A stretch of 29,391 bases of DNA from Fimbriimonadales bacterium (GTDB lineage Bacteria; Armatimonadota; Fimbriimonadia; Fimbriimonadales; JABRVX01). The notes under the pieces were generated by a model. That model saw only the letters and a program-made list of their open reading frames with translations, searched no databases and was not told where the DNA came from. The position numbers were made by a program, and so were the translations under genes. Where the stretch lies: NCBI GenBank assembly GCA_045862955.1, contig BTVI01000037.1, forward strand, positions 1-29,391, given 5' to 3'. Below, in pieces: positions 1-10,791 of the stretch (the stretch's first letter is position 1; the number at the start of each line of letters is the position of its first letter).

Positions 1-968
1 AGCCCCACCTATCTCTCCATCCGCCCCTCGAGGGTGGGGAAGTGGGAGCGTACCGTGTCCCGAACCGTCACGCTGAGCCCGTATCGTCATGCTGAGCCTG
101 TCGAAGCATGACGCTCGTGCGAGGCGAACGTGTCTCTTGCACGCGAAAGCGCGCGGCGTATGATCTCATGCTTCGACAGGCTCAGCATGACGGTCTTAGT
201 GTGGCTCCTCCTGGCGCCTCGGATCGCCTGCCGTAGGAGGCCCTGCTCGCCGCTGACGTGAGCGGCACGGTCCCGCGAACAGGCTCAGCACGACGGTCTC
301 AGCGTAGCTCCTCCTCGCGCCTCGGAGGGCCAGCCGTGGGTGACCCCGCCCCCATTCACGGATACGGCGCAAGCACCCCAAAAGCGCGAGCAGGCTCGCG
401 CAGTCCCAGACAGTCCCACCTATCTCTCCATCCGCCCCTCGAGGGTGGGGAAGTGAGAGCGTGCCGTGTCCAGAACCGTAATGCCAAACCCGTGTCGCCA
501 TGCCGGGCCCGAATCGCCATGCTGAGTGCGAATCGTCATGCTGAGCCTGTCGAAGCATGACGTTCGCGCGAGGCGAACGTCTCTCTTGCACGCGAAAGCG
601 TGCCGTGTCCCGAACCGTCACGCTGAGCCCGTATCGTCATGCTGAGCCTGTCGAAGCATGACGTTCGTTCGAGGCGAACGTGTCTCTTGCACGCGAAAGC
701 GTGCGGCACATGATCTCATGCTTCGACAGGCTCAGCATGACGGTTTTCGGAGTAGCTCCTCCTGGCGCCTCGGATGTACAGCCGTAGGAGGCCCTGCTCG
801 CCGCTGACGTGAGCCGCACGGTCCCGCGAACAGGCTCAGCATGACGGTGTTAGAGTGGCTCCTCCTGGCGCCTCGGAGGGCCAGCCGTGGGTGACCCCGC
901 CCCCATTCACCGATACGGCGCAAGCACCCCAAGAGCGCGAGCAGGCTCGCGCAGCCCCAAACAGCCCC
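1..968. repeat. Composite REP/MITE-like repeat array (tandemly duplicated palindromic unit)
   Basis: 53-~415 recurs at 603-~968 (offset ~550), and 1-66 recurs at 412-477. The 27-bp arm CGTCATGCTGAGCCTGTCGAAGCATGA is at 85-111, 534-560 and 635-661. Its exact reverse complement is at 166-192 and 716-742. A second palindrome, GCGCGAGC-AG-GCTCGCGC, is at 384-401 and ~934-951. The ORFs called here are repeat-derived. Confidence 0.9.
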
Positions 969-971
969 GTC

Positions 972-980
972 TGGTATACT
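972..980 (+). promoter_or_regulatory. Extended -10 promoter element (TGGTATACT) for tRNA-Ala
   Basis: TGn-TATACT about 85 nt upstream of the tRNA. No clear -35. Confidence 0.55.
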
Positions 981-1065
981 GCTCCGCGGTTCGGGGGAGC
1001 CTTCCAACGGACAACTCCAGCAGCCCCGAGCACCGGGCGTAAGCCCTCGGGGCGCGCTTCGAGGT

Positions 1066-1141
1066 GGGGATGTAGCTCAGCTGGGAGAGCGCTGCAATCG
1101 CACTGCAGAGGTCGTGGGTTCGAATCCCATCATCTCCACCA
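1066..1141 (+). tRNA. tRNA-Ala (anticodon CGC)
   Basis: 76-nt cloverleaf. Acceptor stem GGGGATG/CATCTCC has the G3:U70 alanine identity pair. D arm TAGCTCAGCTGGGAGAGC, anticodon arm CTGCA-ATCGCAC-TGCAG, T loop GTTCGAATC, encoded CCA. Confidence 0.98.
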
Positions 1142-1157
1142 ACGTCTTCCTCCGTGC

Positions 1158-1640
1158 TCAGGAAGACTGTGATCGAACGACCGGCCTTCCTTCGATGTAC
1201 CCGCGCTCGCCAACCGGCGCGAACTGGCAGTGAGGGGCCTCCGCGCTGCACTGCCAACCAAACGGCTCTGGCCGGGAGACATCGGTGCTGGCAACGACCT
1301 TGGAGCTAGCCTCCGCGATCCGGTGTTCGCTGTGCGCCGTCTGCCGAAACACCAGATAATGCCCTGACGGAAGCCCGGTACCTTCCATCCGCCCGGGCAC
1401 TGGCCCGGAATAGTCGAGCGGAGCCTCGACGCCCATCACGTACGCGGACGTTCCCGGTCGCCGCAGGCACTCCGGGAGCCAGAGGCCCATGGGCTCGGCC
1501 AGTGTGCCCTGCAGGCTGCTCAGGAGTTCCCAGACGTCGCAGCCTCGCTCCTCGCAGTAGCTCCAATAGTCGGTTGCGGAGGTTGGCCGCACCAAGATCG
1601 GCTTGCGCGGCGGCCTGGTTCCGTGATAGACGACGGCGCT
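1158..1640 (-). pseudogene. Remnant C-terminal (effector-binding) domain of an AraC-family regulator; N-terminal HTH missing or degraded
   Basis: The segment RPPRKPILVR..DYWSYCEERGCDVW..EPMGLWLP..PGTSAYVMGVEAPLDYSGPVP..RGYIEGRPV resembles, from memory, the C-terminal half of a family of AraC regulators. The upstream in-frame sequence is not protein-like and there is no good start codon. Confidence 0.55.
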
Positions 1641-1840
1641 TCCGATGGCCTCGTGACGTCTTTCCCTCCTCCGACCTCTGATGAGTATCCCCTTGCTGGT
1701 GCGCAGGTCGGCGCAGTGGTGTCGCCCGGCGGCATGCCTGCGGTGCCCAGGCAACTGGAACAGCTGCGTAGACCATCTCGTAGAACGTTCCAAGCCCCCG
1801 GCGGGGCCATCACACATCTGGACACGAGAGGTCTTCGATA

Positions 1841-2806
1841 ATGGAGTTAGAGAAAGTGATCGCAGTCGTCGGTGCGACGGGAGCACAGGGAGGCGGGCTC
1901 TGCCGGGCCATCCTCAACGACCCAAGCAGGCAGTTCGCACTCCGCGCCATAACGCGCAAACTTGATTCGCCTCGAGCGCAGGAACTCACAAGTCGGGGTG
2001 CCGAGGTGGTCGCAGCGGACTTAGACGACATGAACAGCCTGAAGAGGGCGTTCGCGGGAGCTTACGGCGTCTTCGGAGTGACGAACTTCTGGGAGCACTT
2101 CTCGCCGGAGACCGAGTTGCGGCAGGCCCGGAACATGGCTGAGGCGGCCAAGGCGGCAGGCGTCCGTCACTTCGTGTGGTCTACGCTGGAGGACACGCGC
2201 AAGTGGGTGCCTCTGGACAGCGACCGGATGCCGACGCTGATGGGCAAGTACAAGGTGCCGCACTTCGATGCAAAGGGTGAGGCCGACGCTTTCTTCGGAG
2301 AGTTGGGTGTGCCGACGACGTTCCTGCGGACTTCTTCCTACTTCGAGAACCTCATTTACTCTGGGCTGCGCCCGCAACGGGGGCCGGACGGATCGCTCAT
2401 CATCTCCTTTCCGATGGACGACAAGAAGCTCCCAGGCATTGCCGTGGAGGACATCGGCCGATGCGCCTATGGCATCTTCGAACGCGGCGACGAGTTCATC
2501 GGGAAAACTGTAGGTATCGCCGGGGAGCACCTGACCGGTGAAGAGATGGCTGCCGCGTTGACGAAGGCGATCCGGGAGCCCGTCGAGTTCTTTCCCATCT
2601 CGCCCGACGCCTATCGGGCGCTGGGGTTCCCCGGGGCCGAGGACCTAGGCAACATGTTCCAGTTCAAGCGCGACTTCAACGAGGACTTCTGTGGGGTGAG
2701 GAGCGTAGCCGTTTCGCGCGAGTTGAACCCCGAGCTTCAGACCTTCTCGCAGTGGCTGGACAGGCATGCATCGGAGATCCCGATACCAGAGGCAGCACCA
2801 GCGTAG
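1841..2806 (+). CDS. NmrA/HSCARG family NAD(P)-binding protein
   Basis: N-terminal VVGATGAQGG Rossmann motif, GAYGVFGVTNFWEH, and VPHFDAK. GAGAGG RBS upstream. Confidence 0.95.
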   Translation: MELEKVIAVVGATGAQGGGLCRAILNDPSRQFALRAITRKLDSPRAQELTSRGAEVVAADLDDMNSLKRAFAGAYGVFGVTNFWEHFSPETELRQARNMAEAAKAAGVRHFVWSTLEDTRKWVPLDSDRMPTLMGKYKVPHFDAKGEADAFFGELGVPTTFLRTSSYFENLIYSGLRPQRGPDGSLIISFPMDDKKLPGIAVEDIGRCAYGIFERGDEFIGKTVGIAGEHLTGEEMAAALTKAIREPVEFFPISPDAYRALGFPGAEDLGNMFQFKRDFNEDFCGVRSVAVSRELNPELQTFSQWLDRHASEIPIPEAAPA

Positions 2807-2903
2807 AAGCGGGTGTACGGGGTGCCTCACAGGCCGGCTGCGCCTTCGCACCGTTCCGGAGGGCGCACGTTTTCGGGGCAGCTCGCGTGAGGAAAGCACA
2901 TTT

Positions 2904-2920
2904 CTATTATGATATAATAG
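2904..2920 (+). promoter_or_regulatory. Extended -10 (TGATATAAT) overlapped by a perfect 7-3-7 inverted repeat (putative repressor operator)
   Basis: CTATTAT-GAT-ATAATAG at 2904-2920, with TATAAT at 2913-2918. It is an AT-rich island in GC-rich DNA. GAGGAG RBS at 2934-2939. Confidence 0.65.
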
Positions 2921-2947
2921 CTAAATCTTCCATGAGGAGCCTGATCC

Positions 2948-4543
2948 ATGCTACACCACCCCGTGAAGTCACCTGCCCTCCGCACTCCTCTGCTGCTCGG
3001 TGCAATTGCAGTTACTGGGCTGACATCTTCCGCCAGTGTGATCCACGTGAACGCTGCTGCGTCCGCACCGGGCGACGGCACTTCGTGGGCCACGGCCTAT
3101 CCACACCTTCAGGACGCCCTGGCTGCGGCTAGAGCCGGAGACGAGATCTGGGTGGCGCGCGCCACCTACCTGCCCGGTGCCCCCGGCAACACCTATGCCA
3201 CCTTCGAGCTGAAGGACGGGGTCGCCTTGTACGGTGGGTTCGCTGGCTGGGAGACCTCACGATTATGGCGGAACCCGACCGCCAATCCCACCGTGCTGAG
3301 TGGAGACCTCGGCCAAGACGATGTTTTCGGTAGCGGGTGGTGGCGAACAGGCTGGCTAATCAACTCCCCCAACAGCAGCCACGTGGTAACTGCACGAAAC
3401 GTCGCTTCAGCCACCATAGACGGCTTCAGGATCGTCCAAGGCTACGGAGTGTGGAGCAGCGGAGCGGGACTGTATGCAGAGAACAGCTCCCTGGTCATTC
3501 GCAACTGCACCTTCATGCACAACGCGACCTACGGGGCCAAGGGCACTTGCGTCTACCTCACGGACTCGGTTGCCTTGGTGTCCAGGTGCAACTTCAGCGA
3601 AAACTACGGCCGCCTGTCGAGTGGCATCGGTATCTGCACGTATGGTGCGAGTGGAGTCACAGTGTCTGACTGCAGTTTCTACGACTGCGAGGCGGATGGT
3701 GACGCGTCGAGCGGGAACGGCGGTGGCATCGAGCTCTCTGGCTCGCTGCCCTCTTCGGTCATAAGGTCGTCTTTCGACCGTTGCAAGGCGTTTCCGTTCG
3801 GCGGACAGTATGCTCAAGGGTACGGCACGTATGGCGGCGCAATCCACAACTCCTTTGCCCCGCTGACCGTGGACAGGTGTTCTTTCACGAACAACGTCTC
3901 GATGCAGGGCGGCGCCATCTATAGCTGGAGGGACCTGACCGTGACGAACTGCGTGATGGTGTCGAACAAGGTATATGCGCTTCCAGGACAGGGCGGTTCC
4001 CTGGGAGGCTGGGGAGGCGCTATAGCCTCCTACTCCTATCAGCCGTACAATCTCGAGGTGATAGGTTGCACGCTCGTGAACAACGAGGCGCACGAAGTTG
4101 GCGGAGTGGCGTTCGGCAGCTATGGCTCGATGACTGCACGCATCTCCGGCTGCATTTTCTGGGGAAATCGGGATGTACAAGGCATTCACAGCCGCGCACA
4201 AGTCGCGAAGGCATCCTACAGCTGTATCCAGAACCTCTGGGTGGCTCTTCCGGGAGAGGACCCGATCGACCCAGAGAAGTTTCCGGGGTGCTTCGATTCC
4301 GATCCGCAGTTCGTGGCGTTTCCGACCGACCTCCGTCTGCTGCGCACCTCTCCTTGCATTGACGCCGCGGACCGCACGGCATATCCCACAGGCATCTATG
4401 CGGACTTTGGGGGTCTGGCACGCTTCGTGGACATTGCCGCAGTGCTCGACACCGGAATCGGGGCTGCACCACTCCCCGATATGGGGGCGTATGAAGTACA
4501 GCTGGATTCGGGCCGAAAGCCGGCGATCCCTCTCGCACGCTAG
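2948..4543 (+). CDS. Secreted right-handed parallel beta-helix repeat protein with choice-of-anchor-Q-like C-terminus
   Basis: Signal peptide, GDGTSWATAY..LQDAL N-terminal motif, GGAI/FxxN repeats, and C-terminal LRLLRTSPCIDAA...DMGAYE. Confidence 0.85.
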   Translation: MLHHPVKSPALRTPLLLGAIAVTGLTSSASVIHVNAAASAPGDGTSWATAYPHLQDALAAARAGDEIWVARATYLPGAPGNTYATFELKDGVALYGGFAGWETSRLWRNPTANPTVLSGDLGQDDVFGSGWWRTGWLINSPNSSHVVTARNVASATIDGFRIVQGYGVWSSGAGLYAENSSLVIRNCTFMHNATYGAKGTCVYLTDSVALVSRCNFSENYGRLSSGIGICTYGASGVTVSDCSFYDCEADGDASSGNGGGIELSGSLPSSVIRSSFDRCKAFPFGGQYAQGYGTYGGAIHNSFAPLTVDRCSFTNNVSMQGGAIYSWRDLTVTNCVMVSNKVYALPGQGGSLGGWGGAIASYSYQPYNLEVIGCTLVNNEAHEVGGVAFGSYGSMTARISGCIFWGNRDVQGIHSRAQVAKASYSCIQNLWVALPGEDPIDPEKFPGCFDSDPQFVAFPTDLRLLRTSPCIDAADRTAYPTGIYADFGGLARFVDIAAVLDTGIGAAPLPDMGAYEVQLDSGRKPAIPLAR

Positions 4544-4778
4544 CTGACCGCAAACCAAGAGCCATGGCAGCCCAGCCAGTGGGGCTCTCGTGGGACACGG
4601 CTGCGGGGGTTCCACTGAAGCGGCGTGTCACCCTCAACCCGGCACTCGCGCTCGCAGCTGCATGTCAGGGCGCTAACCTTCCTGGGACGGGGGGCATCTG
4701 CACTATCTTCCTGGGGGCAATCCCAACTCAGAGTTACTGCAGTCCCCTGGTGGCCTAGCGTCGGCGGCCCCCACGAAG

Positions 4779-7004
4779 CTACTGCCTGTCTACCTCGCAG
4801 ACGACCCGCAGTGGCTCTCGGAGGCCCGTCAGCTCTACGGCACCCGAGCCGTCTATCATGCGCGGGCGACCGTTCACAGTAGCACGTACCGCATGCCAGC
4901 CATCGGGTAGACGAAACCTCAGATACAGGCTGTAGGGAACCCGCGGTGGCGGAACCACGTCGGCGCTGAGCCTCCCGCGAGAGAGCTGGGACTCGATACG
5001 ATACGACGCAAGACCGAAGGCTGTGGGTGCGTTCTTGACACTGACCACCTGACCATCGCGCATCCAGTGCCTCGGCACTGCGAAGCCCAAACGCAGAGTC
5101 TCCGGTATGCCATCGTCGTTCAAGTCCCAATCCTGCACCAGCACATATCGCAACATAGTTAGGAAGTAGCCCGTAGAGGAAGAGTTCGGTGGTAGGTACA
5201 TCGGTCGGCCATGCCTGTCCAGCGGCCGAAGACCGGTCCCCTCAGCACCGAGGAAGGTATCGCGTGTCAGTGCCTGCGCCAGCTTCCCGTACAGGGACAC
5301 GGCCGCAAGCTCCGGCTCGTCCCTTCGTAGCACCTCTAGCACGTACCGTAGAGAGTACAGGTCATCGAGTGCGTTCCGGTTAGCAAACCAATCTACGTTC
5401 GCATCGAAGCGCACCTGACCCATGCACAGCCCACCCTGTTCACGCACGTGGCGGATGATCCATTCGTTGTATTCCGGCCGTGGTAGCAGAGCACCCGACT
5501 CGAGCGCATACGGTGCGATGAGGTTCCAGTAGGCACTTAGGCCAGTGGATGTGATGGGAACCGCGCGCTTCTCGAATCCGAACAGAGCCATCGGTACGAA
5601 GGGCGGATCACTGGTTCGGTCTACACTCTTATCCACCGCGTCTAGGATCGCCTCCCTCAGCTTGCTGGCAGCCTTTGCATATCGGTCGGCAGACTCGCTG
5701 TCAACGCTCTCACGCAGCAGTGCGGCCAGGTCTCGTAGCGCCCTCCATGCGGCGCAGTTGGAGTTGAGGCTGTTCACTGGAGTGCCGATGTCTCCACAGT
5801 AACCGGACTTGGGTAGCAGCCCTGTCTCCGGCTCCAGCCGAGCCATCAACTCATCGGCAGAGGACTGCCAGTGCTGGCGACAGCGGCGTAGAAAGCCGTC
5901 GTCGCGTGTGAGCCAGTAGAGACCGAGCATGAGGCGAATCTTGTAAGCACGATCGTGGTCTTCAACGCCGTGTTGGAGCGGCCGCTCCAGCGTCGGCAGT
6001 GCGTATCGCTTTGCGGAAGGCTCGCCATACAGCCCGAGTGCGAAGACTGCGTCACCGCACTCCGCCTCGAAGGTGCAAGCGTACTGGTTCAGCGCGCTGT
6101 ACATCATGGTATCGCCGTGGAGTAGTGTCAGTAACGTCACCAGCGAGGCCCGCCAAGCACGATTGATTACGGGGTCCGGCGTCTCGATCTGGATCAGACT
6201 CCTCGTCCGTGTCTGCCAGAAGTGCTGCACGTCGGCTAGAGCACGGTCATAATCCAGCTCGGTCCGTGCGCCCGGATCGGGCGCCGCTCCCGCTCCGAAG
6301 AAGACGCAGCGTGCAGCCATACCAGCCTTCAGTTCTGACGTCAAGCGCTTCGCAGCGGAGTCCCATGTCCACGCATCGTCGTGCAAGACCCGCGTTCCCC
6401 CGGAAGCCTCCACCAGCCTATCGCCAGCGGCCGTTACAGACAGACTCGGAAAATGGAAGGATGCATTTCCCGCGCCGCCGGATAGGAGCTTTACCTGCAC
6501 GTACACTGCCTCCGCCCCACCGATGGTCTTCGGTGCCGCGAACGCTTCGAGGTGATACTTGCATTCGCCCACGTGATATTGCCAGCGGTAAATGGGCATC
6601 CAGCCGTCCGCTAGGTGCGGCCCGATCAGCCGGTCGAGATCGGCGCCGAAACGCTCAGGCCGATCGCCGACCCACACCTCCATCGGGTGAAGGCTCGCAT
6701 CGTGCCAGTTAGCGCGGTTGGCCCTAAGGTTCACCCCAGAGCCGTCGCTCGCCAGACGCTGTTTCTGCTGCCCGTGCAGTGAGCTAACGACTATAGGGTA
6801 GCGACCGAACTCCGCGTCCACGTAGCGGAGCGGTGGCAGGAGGTCGGCGAAGAAACGATAGAACGGTCCGTCGGGCTGCCGGAGCGCAGCCTCACCCCAG
6901 AGGTCGGTGCCGGCGTTCAGCACTTCATCAACGCTGGGAACGCTGCTACCCGAAGCGCCGACTGCGGACAGCAACCAGAAGGGCATTAGTGCCATGAGCA
7001 TCAC
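4779..7004 (-). CDS. Secreted uncharacterised glycoside hydrolase-like protein (probable six-hairpin (alpha/alpha)6 barrel)
   Basis: 741-aa ORF with signal peptide. ETPDPVINRAWRASL helix-barrel entry, aromatic/acidic helical repeats, and a C-terminal beta domain (AVPRHW..VSVKNAPTAFGLASYRI). Confidence 0.65.
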   Translation of the reverse strand: MMLMALMPFWLLSAVGASGSSVPSVDEVLNAGTDLWGEAALRQPDGPFYRFFADLLPPLRYVDAEFGRYPIVVSSLHGQQKQRLASDGSGVNLRANRANWHDASLHPMEVWVGDRPERFGADLDRLIGPHLADGWMPIYRWQYHVGECKYHLEAFAAPKTIGGAEAVYVQVKLLSGGAGNASFHFPSLSVTAAGDRLVEASGGTRVLHDDAWTWDSAAKRLTSELKAGMAARCVFFGAGAAPDPGARTELDYDRALADVQHFWQTRTRSLIQIETPDPVINRAWRASLVTLLTLLHGDTMMYSALNQYACTFEAECGDAVFALGLYGEPSAKRYALPTLERPLQHGVEDHDRAYKIRLMLGLYWLTRDDGFLRRCRQHWQSSADELMARLEPETGLLPKSGYCGDIGTPVNSLNSNCAAWRALRDLAALLRESVDSESADRYAKAASKLREAILDAVDKSVDRTSDPPFVPMALFGFEKRAVPITSTGLSAYWNLIAPYALESGALLPRPEYNEWIIRHVREQGGLCMGQVRFDANVDWFANRNALDDLYSLRYVLEVLRRDEPELAAVSLYGKLAQALTRDTFLGAEGTGLRPLDRHGRPMYLPPNSSSTGYFLTMLRYVLVQDWDLNDDGIPETLRLGFAVPRHWMRDGQVVSVKNAPTAFGLASYRIESQLSRGRLSADVVPPPRVPYSLYLRFRLPDGWHAVRATVNGRPRMIDGSGAVELTGLREPLRVVCEVDRQ

Positions 7005-7086
7005 GCTCGTATGCTACCCAGGGCTCTTCCATGCTCGCCACCGGCTGGGGGGATGCTCTAGGCGCAGCGCTGTGTCCGACGCGTCG

Positions 7087-7530
7087 TCACACACCGTGCG
7101 CGTTCTGCTCATCGTCCTCCCGATACCATGCGACCCAGTCCGAGAAGGGAGTGTCGCTTCGGGGCTCGGACCCGAGGCGTATTACGTGTCCGTCTGGGTC
7201 CTGCACGTGCATCTCGTAGGCCCAAGGGTAGTTCGTCGGAGCGAGAGCAATCCTGGCGCCCTTCTCCCGATACTCCTCGTACAGCGCAGCCGCATCGCCG
7301 ACGCCTATCCACACCCATGTGCCGGAGCACCCCTGCGAGCCTTCGCACAGCATCAAGTTCGCGTGCTTGCGCGAGACCGAGGCAATCCGCCCTTCGTAGT
7401 TCCAGTCAATCGAGAACCCTAGCACCCTCGTGTAATAGTCGAGGCTGCGGTCTAGACTCTCGACACGAAGGATGGGGCTCGACGCGTGAAAGTGGATGTC
7501 TTGCCGACCGCTCGTTGGAACGTCACTCAT
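7087..7530 (-). CDS. VOC/glyoxalase/bleomycin-resistance family protein
   Basis: PILRVESLDRSLDYYTRVLGF and PWAYEMHVQDPDGHVIRL motifs. Start moved to ATG 7530, which has a GAGGTG RBS. Confidence 0.92.
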   Translation of the reverse strand: MSDVPTSGRQDIHFHASSPILRVESLDRSLDYYTRVLGFSIDWNYEGRIASVSRKHANLMLCEGSQGCSGTWVWIGVGDAAALYEEYREKGARIALAPTNYPWAYEMHVQDPDGHVIRLGSEPRSDTPFSDWVAWYREDDEQNAHGV

Positions 7531-7557
7531 ACTGCACCTCCGAATTCGACTCGTTGA

Positions 7558-9093
<1,536 letters not shown>

Positions 9094-9183
9094 GGGACGT
9101 GCTTCGACGATCGCAGTAGTGTGGTGTCATGACGCTGCGCAGTCTGCGAATGCCACGGCTCTTGCCGGTCGCCAGACGTCTCT

Positions 9184-9381
9184 TGTCATCCCGAAGAAGG
9201 GGAGCGCAGCGTTGAGCTCTGAAGCGGACCTGCCGAGGTCGATCGAGAGCCGCTTTCTCGCTCCTTCCGCTACGGATCACGTGGGGCCTCGGCGTTGAAG
9301 GGGCCCAAGAAGTGGTTCACCGGCCGCGGGCGAGAGCACACGGTGTGCGATTGGTCTGCCGACCGCTCCCTCGGGATGACA
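9184..9381. mobile_element. ~200-bp MITE/REP-like element with terminal inverted repeats
   Basis: TGTCATCCCGA (9184-9194) and TCGGGATGACA (9371-9381). Both ends continue inward with GGGAGCG. Non-coding. Confidence 0.55.
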
Positions 9382-9459
9382 GGTACCTGGTAGCGAATGT
9401 GCTGCGTTGTTGGCATGCGGCGCTCACGGTGTCGACTCCAACGACGATACGTATCAATC

Positions 9460-9712
9460 CGTCATGCTGAGCTTGTCGAAGCATGCGTGATGCTGAGCCT
9501 GTCGTAGCACCCGTCATGCTGAGCTTGTCGAAGCATGCTGGCGCAAGCCGCGGTCGGGGCATTCGAGGGCGAGAGCGTGCGGCATGTGGGGTCATGCTTC
9601 GACAAGCTCAGCATGACGGTCATGAGAGATGGCGTTACGTACTTCGCCAGGCTCAGTATGACGGTCATGAGAGCCAGCAGTAGCGCGGTTCGACAAGCTC
9701 AGCATGGCGACC
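9460..9712. repeat. REP-like palindromic cluster, same family as 1-968
   Basis: Three forward arms at 26-bp period (9460, 9486, 9512; CGTCATGCTGAGCTTGTCGAAGCATG) face three reverse arms (9591-9618, ~9640-9663, ~9689-9709). It lies between the convergent tpl and pirin genes. Confidence 0.9.
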
Positions 9713-9803
9713 ATAAGAGCCTTTCGAAACATGCTCAGGTGGTCATCGCATGACTGGCCGGCATGCGTGGCGCGCAGTACGGGGAGGGATGGCAGCCACG
9801 CTG

Positions 9804-10712
9804 CTACACCCTGGGCTCCAAGAAGGTGCCATCCTGCAGTTCGCGGTAGGCTTGGCGGAGCTGCTCTTGCGTGTTCATCACGATGGGTCCATACCATGCG
9901 ACCGGCTCCTTCAGCGGCTCGCCGCTAACCAGCAGGAACCGAATGCCCGCGTCGCCGGCTCGCACACGTACCTCGTCCCCGCTGTCGAACAAGACGAGCG
10001 AGCGGTTATCGGCCTCGCTCGGCGGCAAGGCGTCCGTCCAGCCGACCGGCTCGGTGGGCACCGCGAGCGGCTCGGAAGCGTTGCAGAACTTACCCGACCC
10101 TACGAAGACGTAGGCGAATGCGTTACGTCCCATCTCCACGCGGATCGTCTTCTCCAGCCCGGGTGGCACCGAGATATCCACGTACACGGGGTCTGCCGCG
10201 ATGCCCTCCACCGGTCCTTTCTTGCCCCAGAAGGAGCCGCACACGATGCGCGCATGGGTGCCGTCATCGTCGGTCTCTTCCGGAATCTCCTCGGCTTTCA
10301 CTTCTTGGTATCGCGGAGCGGTCATCTTCAGTGCCGCAGGCAGGTTGGCCCATAGCTGGAAGCCGTGCATGCGGCCCTCGGAGTCACCCTTGGGCATCTC
10401 CTGATGCAGAATGCCGCGGCCCGCCGTCATCCACTGCACGTCGCCGGCACCGATCGTGCCGCTATGTCCCATGCTGTCGCCGTGCTCCACGGTTCCAGCG
10501 AGCACGTAGGTGATGGTCTCGATGCCTCGGTGCGGATGCCACGGGAACCCCGCCAGATACTGGGACGGGTCATCGCCGCGGAAGTCGTCCAGCAGCAAGA
10601 ACGGGTCGAAATCGGATGTGCTGCCGAATCCGAATGCTCGGTGAAGGTGCACCCCCGCACCCTCCACCGTCGGCTTGGCTCTCGCGATCTTCTTGACCGG
10701 CCGAATGGACAT
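9804..10712 (-). CDS. Pirin family protein
   Basis: DPFLLLDDF, GFPWHPHRGIETITY, QWMTAGRGILHQE, GFQLWANLP and YGPIVMNT. ATG 10712 has a GGGGGAG RBS. Confidence 0.96.
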   Translation of the reverse strand: MSIRPVKKIARAKPTVEGAGVHLHRAFGFGSTSDFDPFLLLDDFRGDDPSQYLAGFPWHPHRGIETITYVLAGTVEHGDSMGHSGTIGAGDVQWMTAGRGILHQEMPKGDSEGRMHGFQLWANLPAALKMTAPRYQEVKAEEIPEETDDDGTHARIVCGSFWGKKGPVEGIAADPVYVDISVPPGLEKTIRVEMGRNAFAYVFVGSGKFCNASEPLAVPTEPVGWTDALPPSEADNRSLVLFDSGDEVRVRAGDAGIRFLLVSGEPLKEPVAWYGPIVMNTQEQLRQAYRELQDGTFLEPRV

Positions 10713-10791
10713 GATCTCCCCCTGCACAGCGCGATTGGGCCGATTCTACCGGACGCGCCTCCCGGGCCGAGTACTCGGCCACAATATATGC

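Noticed and set aside
85..742. 27-bp repeats as a CRISPR array (also 9460-9712)
   Set aside because: Copies occur in both orientations, spacing is irregular, the intervening sequences are themselves repeated, and there are no cas genes.
1066..1200. tRNA-Ala as the attachment site of an integrated element
   Set aside because: No integrase in the window, and I found no duplicate of the tRNA 3' end.
196..1257. Short ORFs over the repeat array and tRNA (e.g. MLRQAQHD / MLSLSKH peptides; also 9317-9928)
   Set aside because: They are translations of the palindromic repeat or the tRNA, a typical source of spurious hypothetical proteins.
3407..4615. Long antisense or alternate-frame ORFs (e.g. 3407-4615, 7128-7925, 26680-27420, and the 5' extension of 21521-22438)
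   Set aside because: They are shadows of well-supported genes in GC-rich DNA, with no motifs or RBS.
4544..4778. Structured RNA in the gap between convergent genes
   Set aside because: Only short GC stems, with no recognisable motif or promoter.
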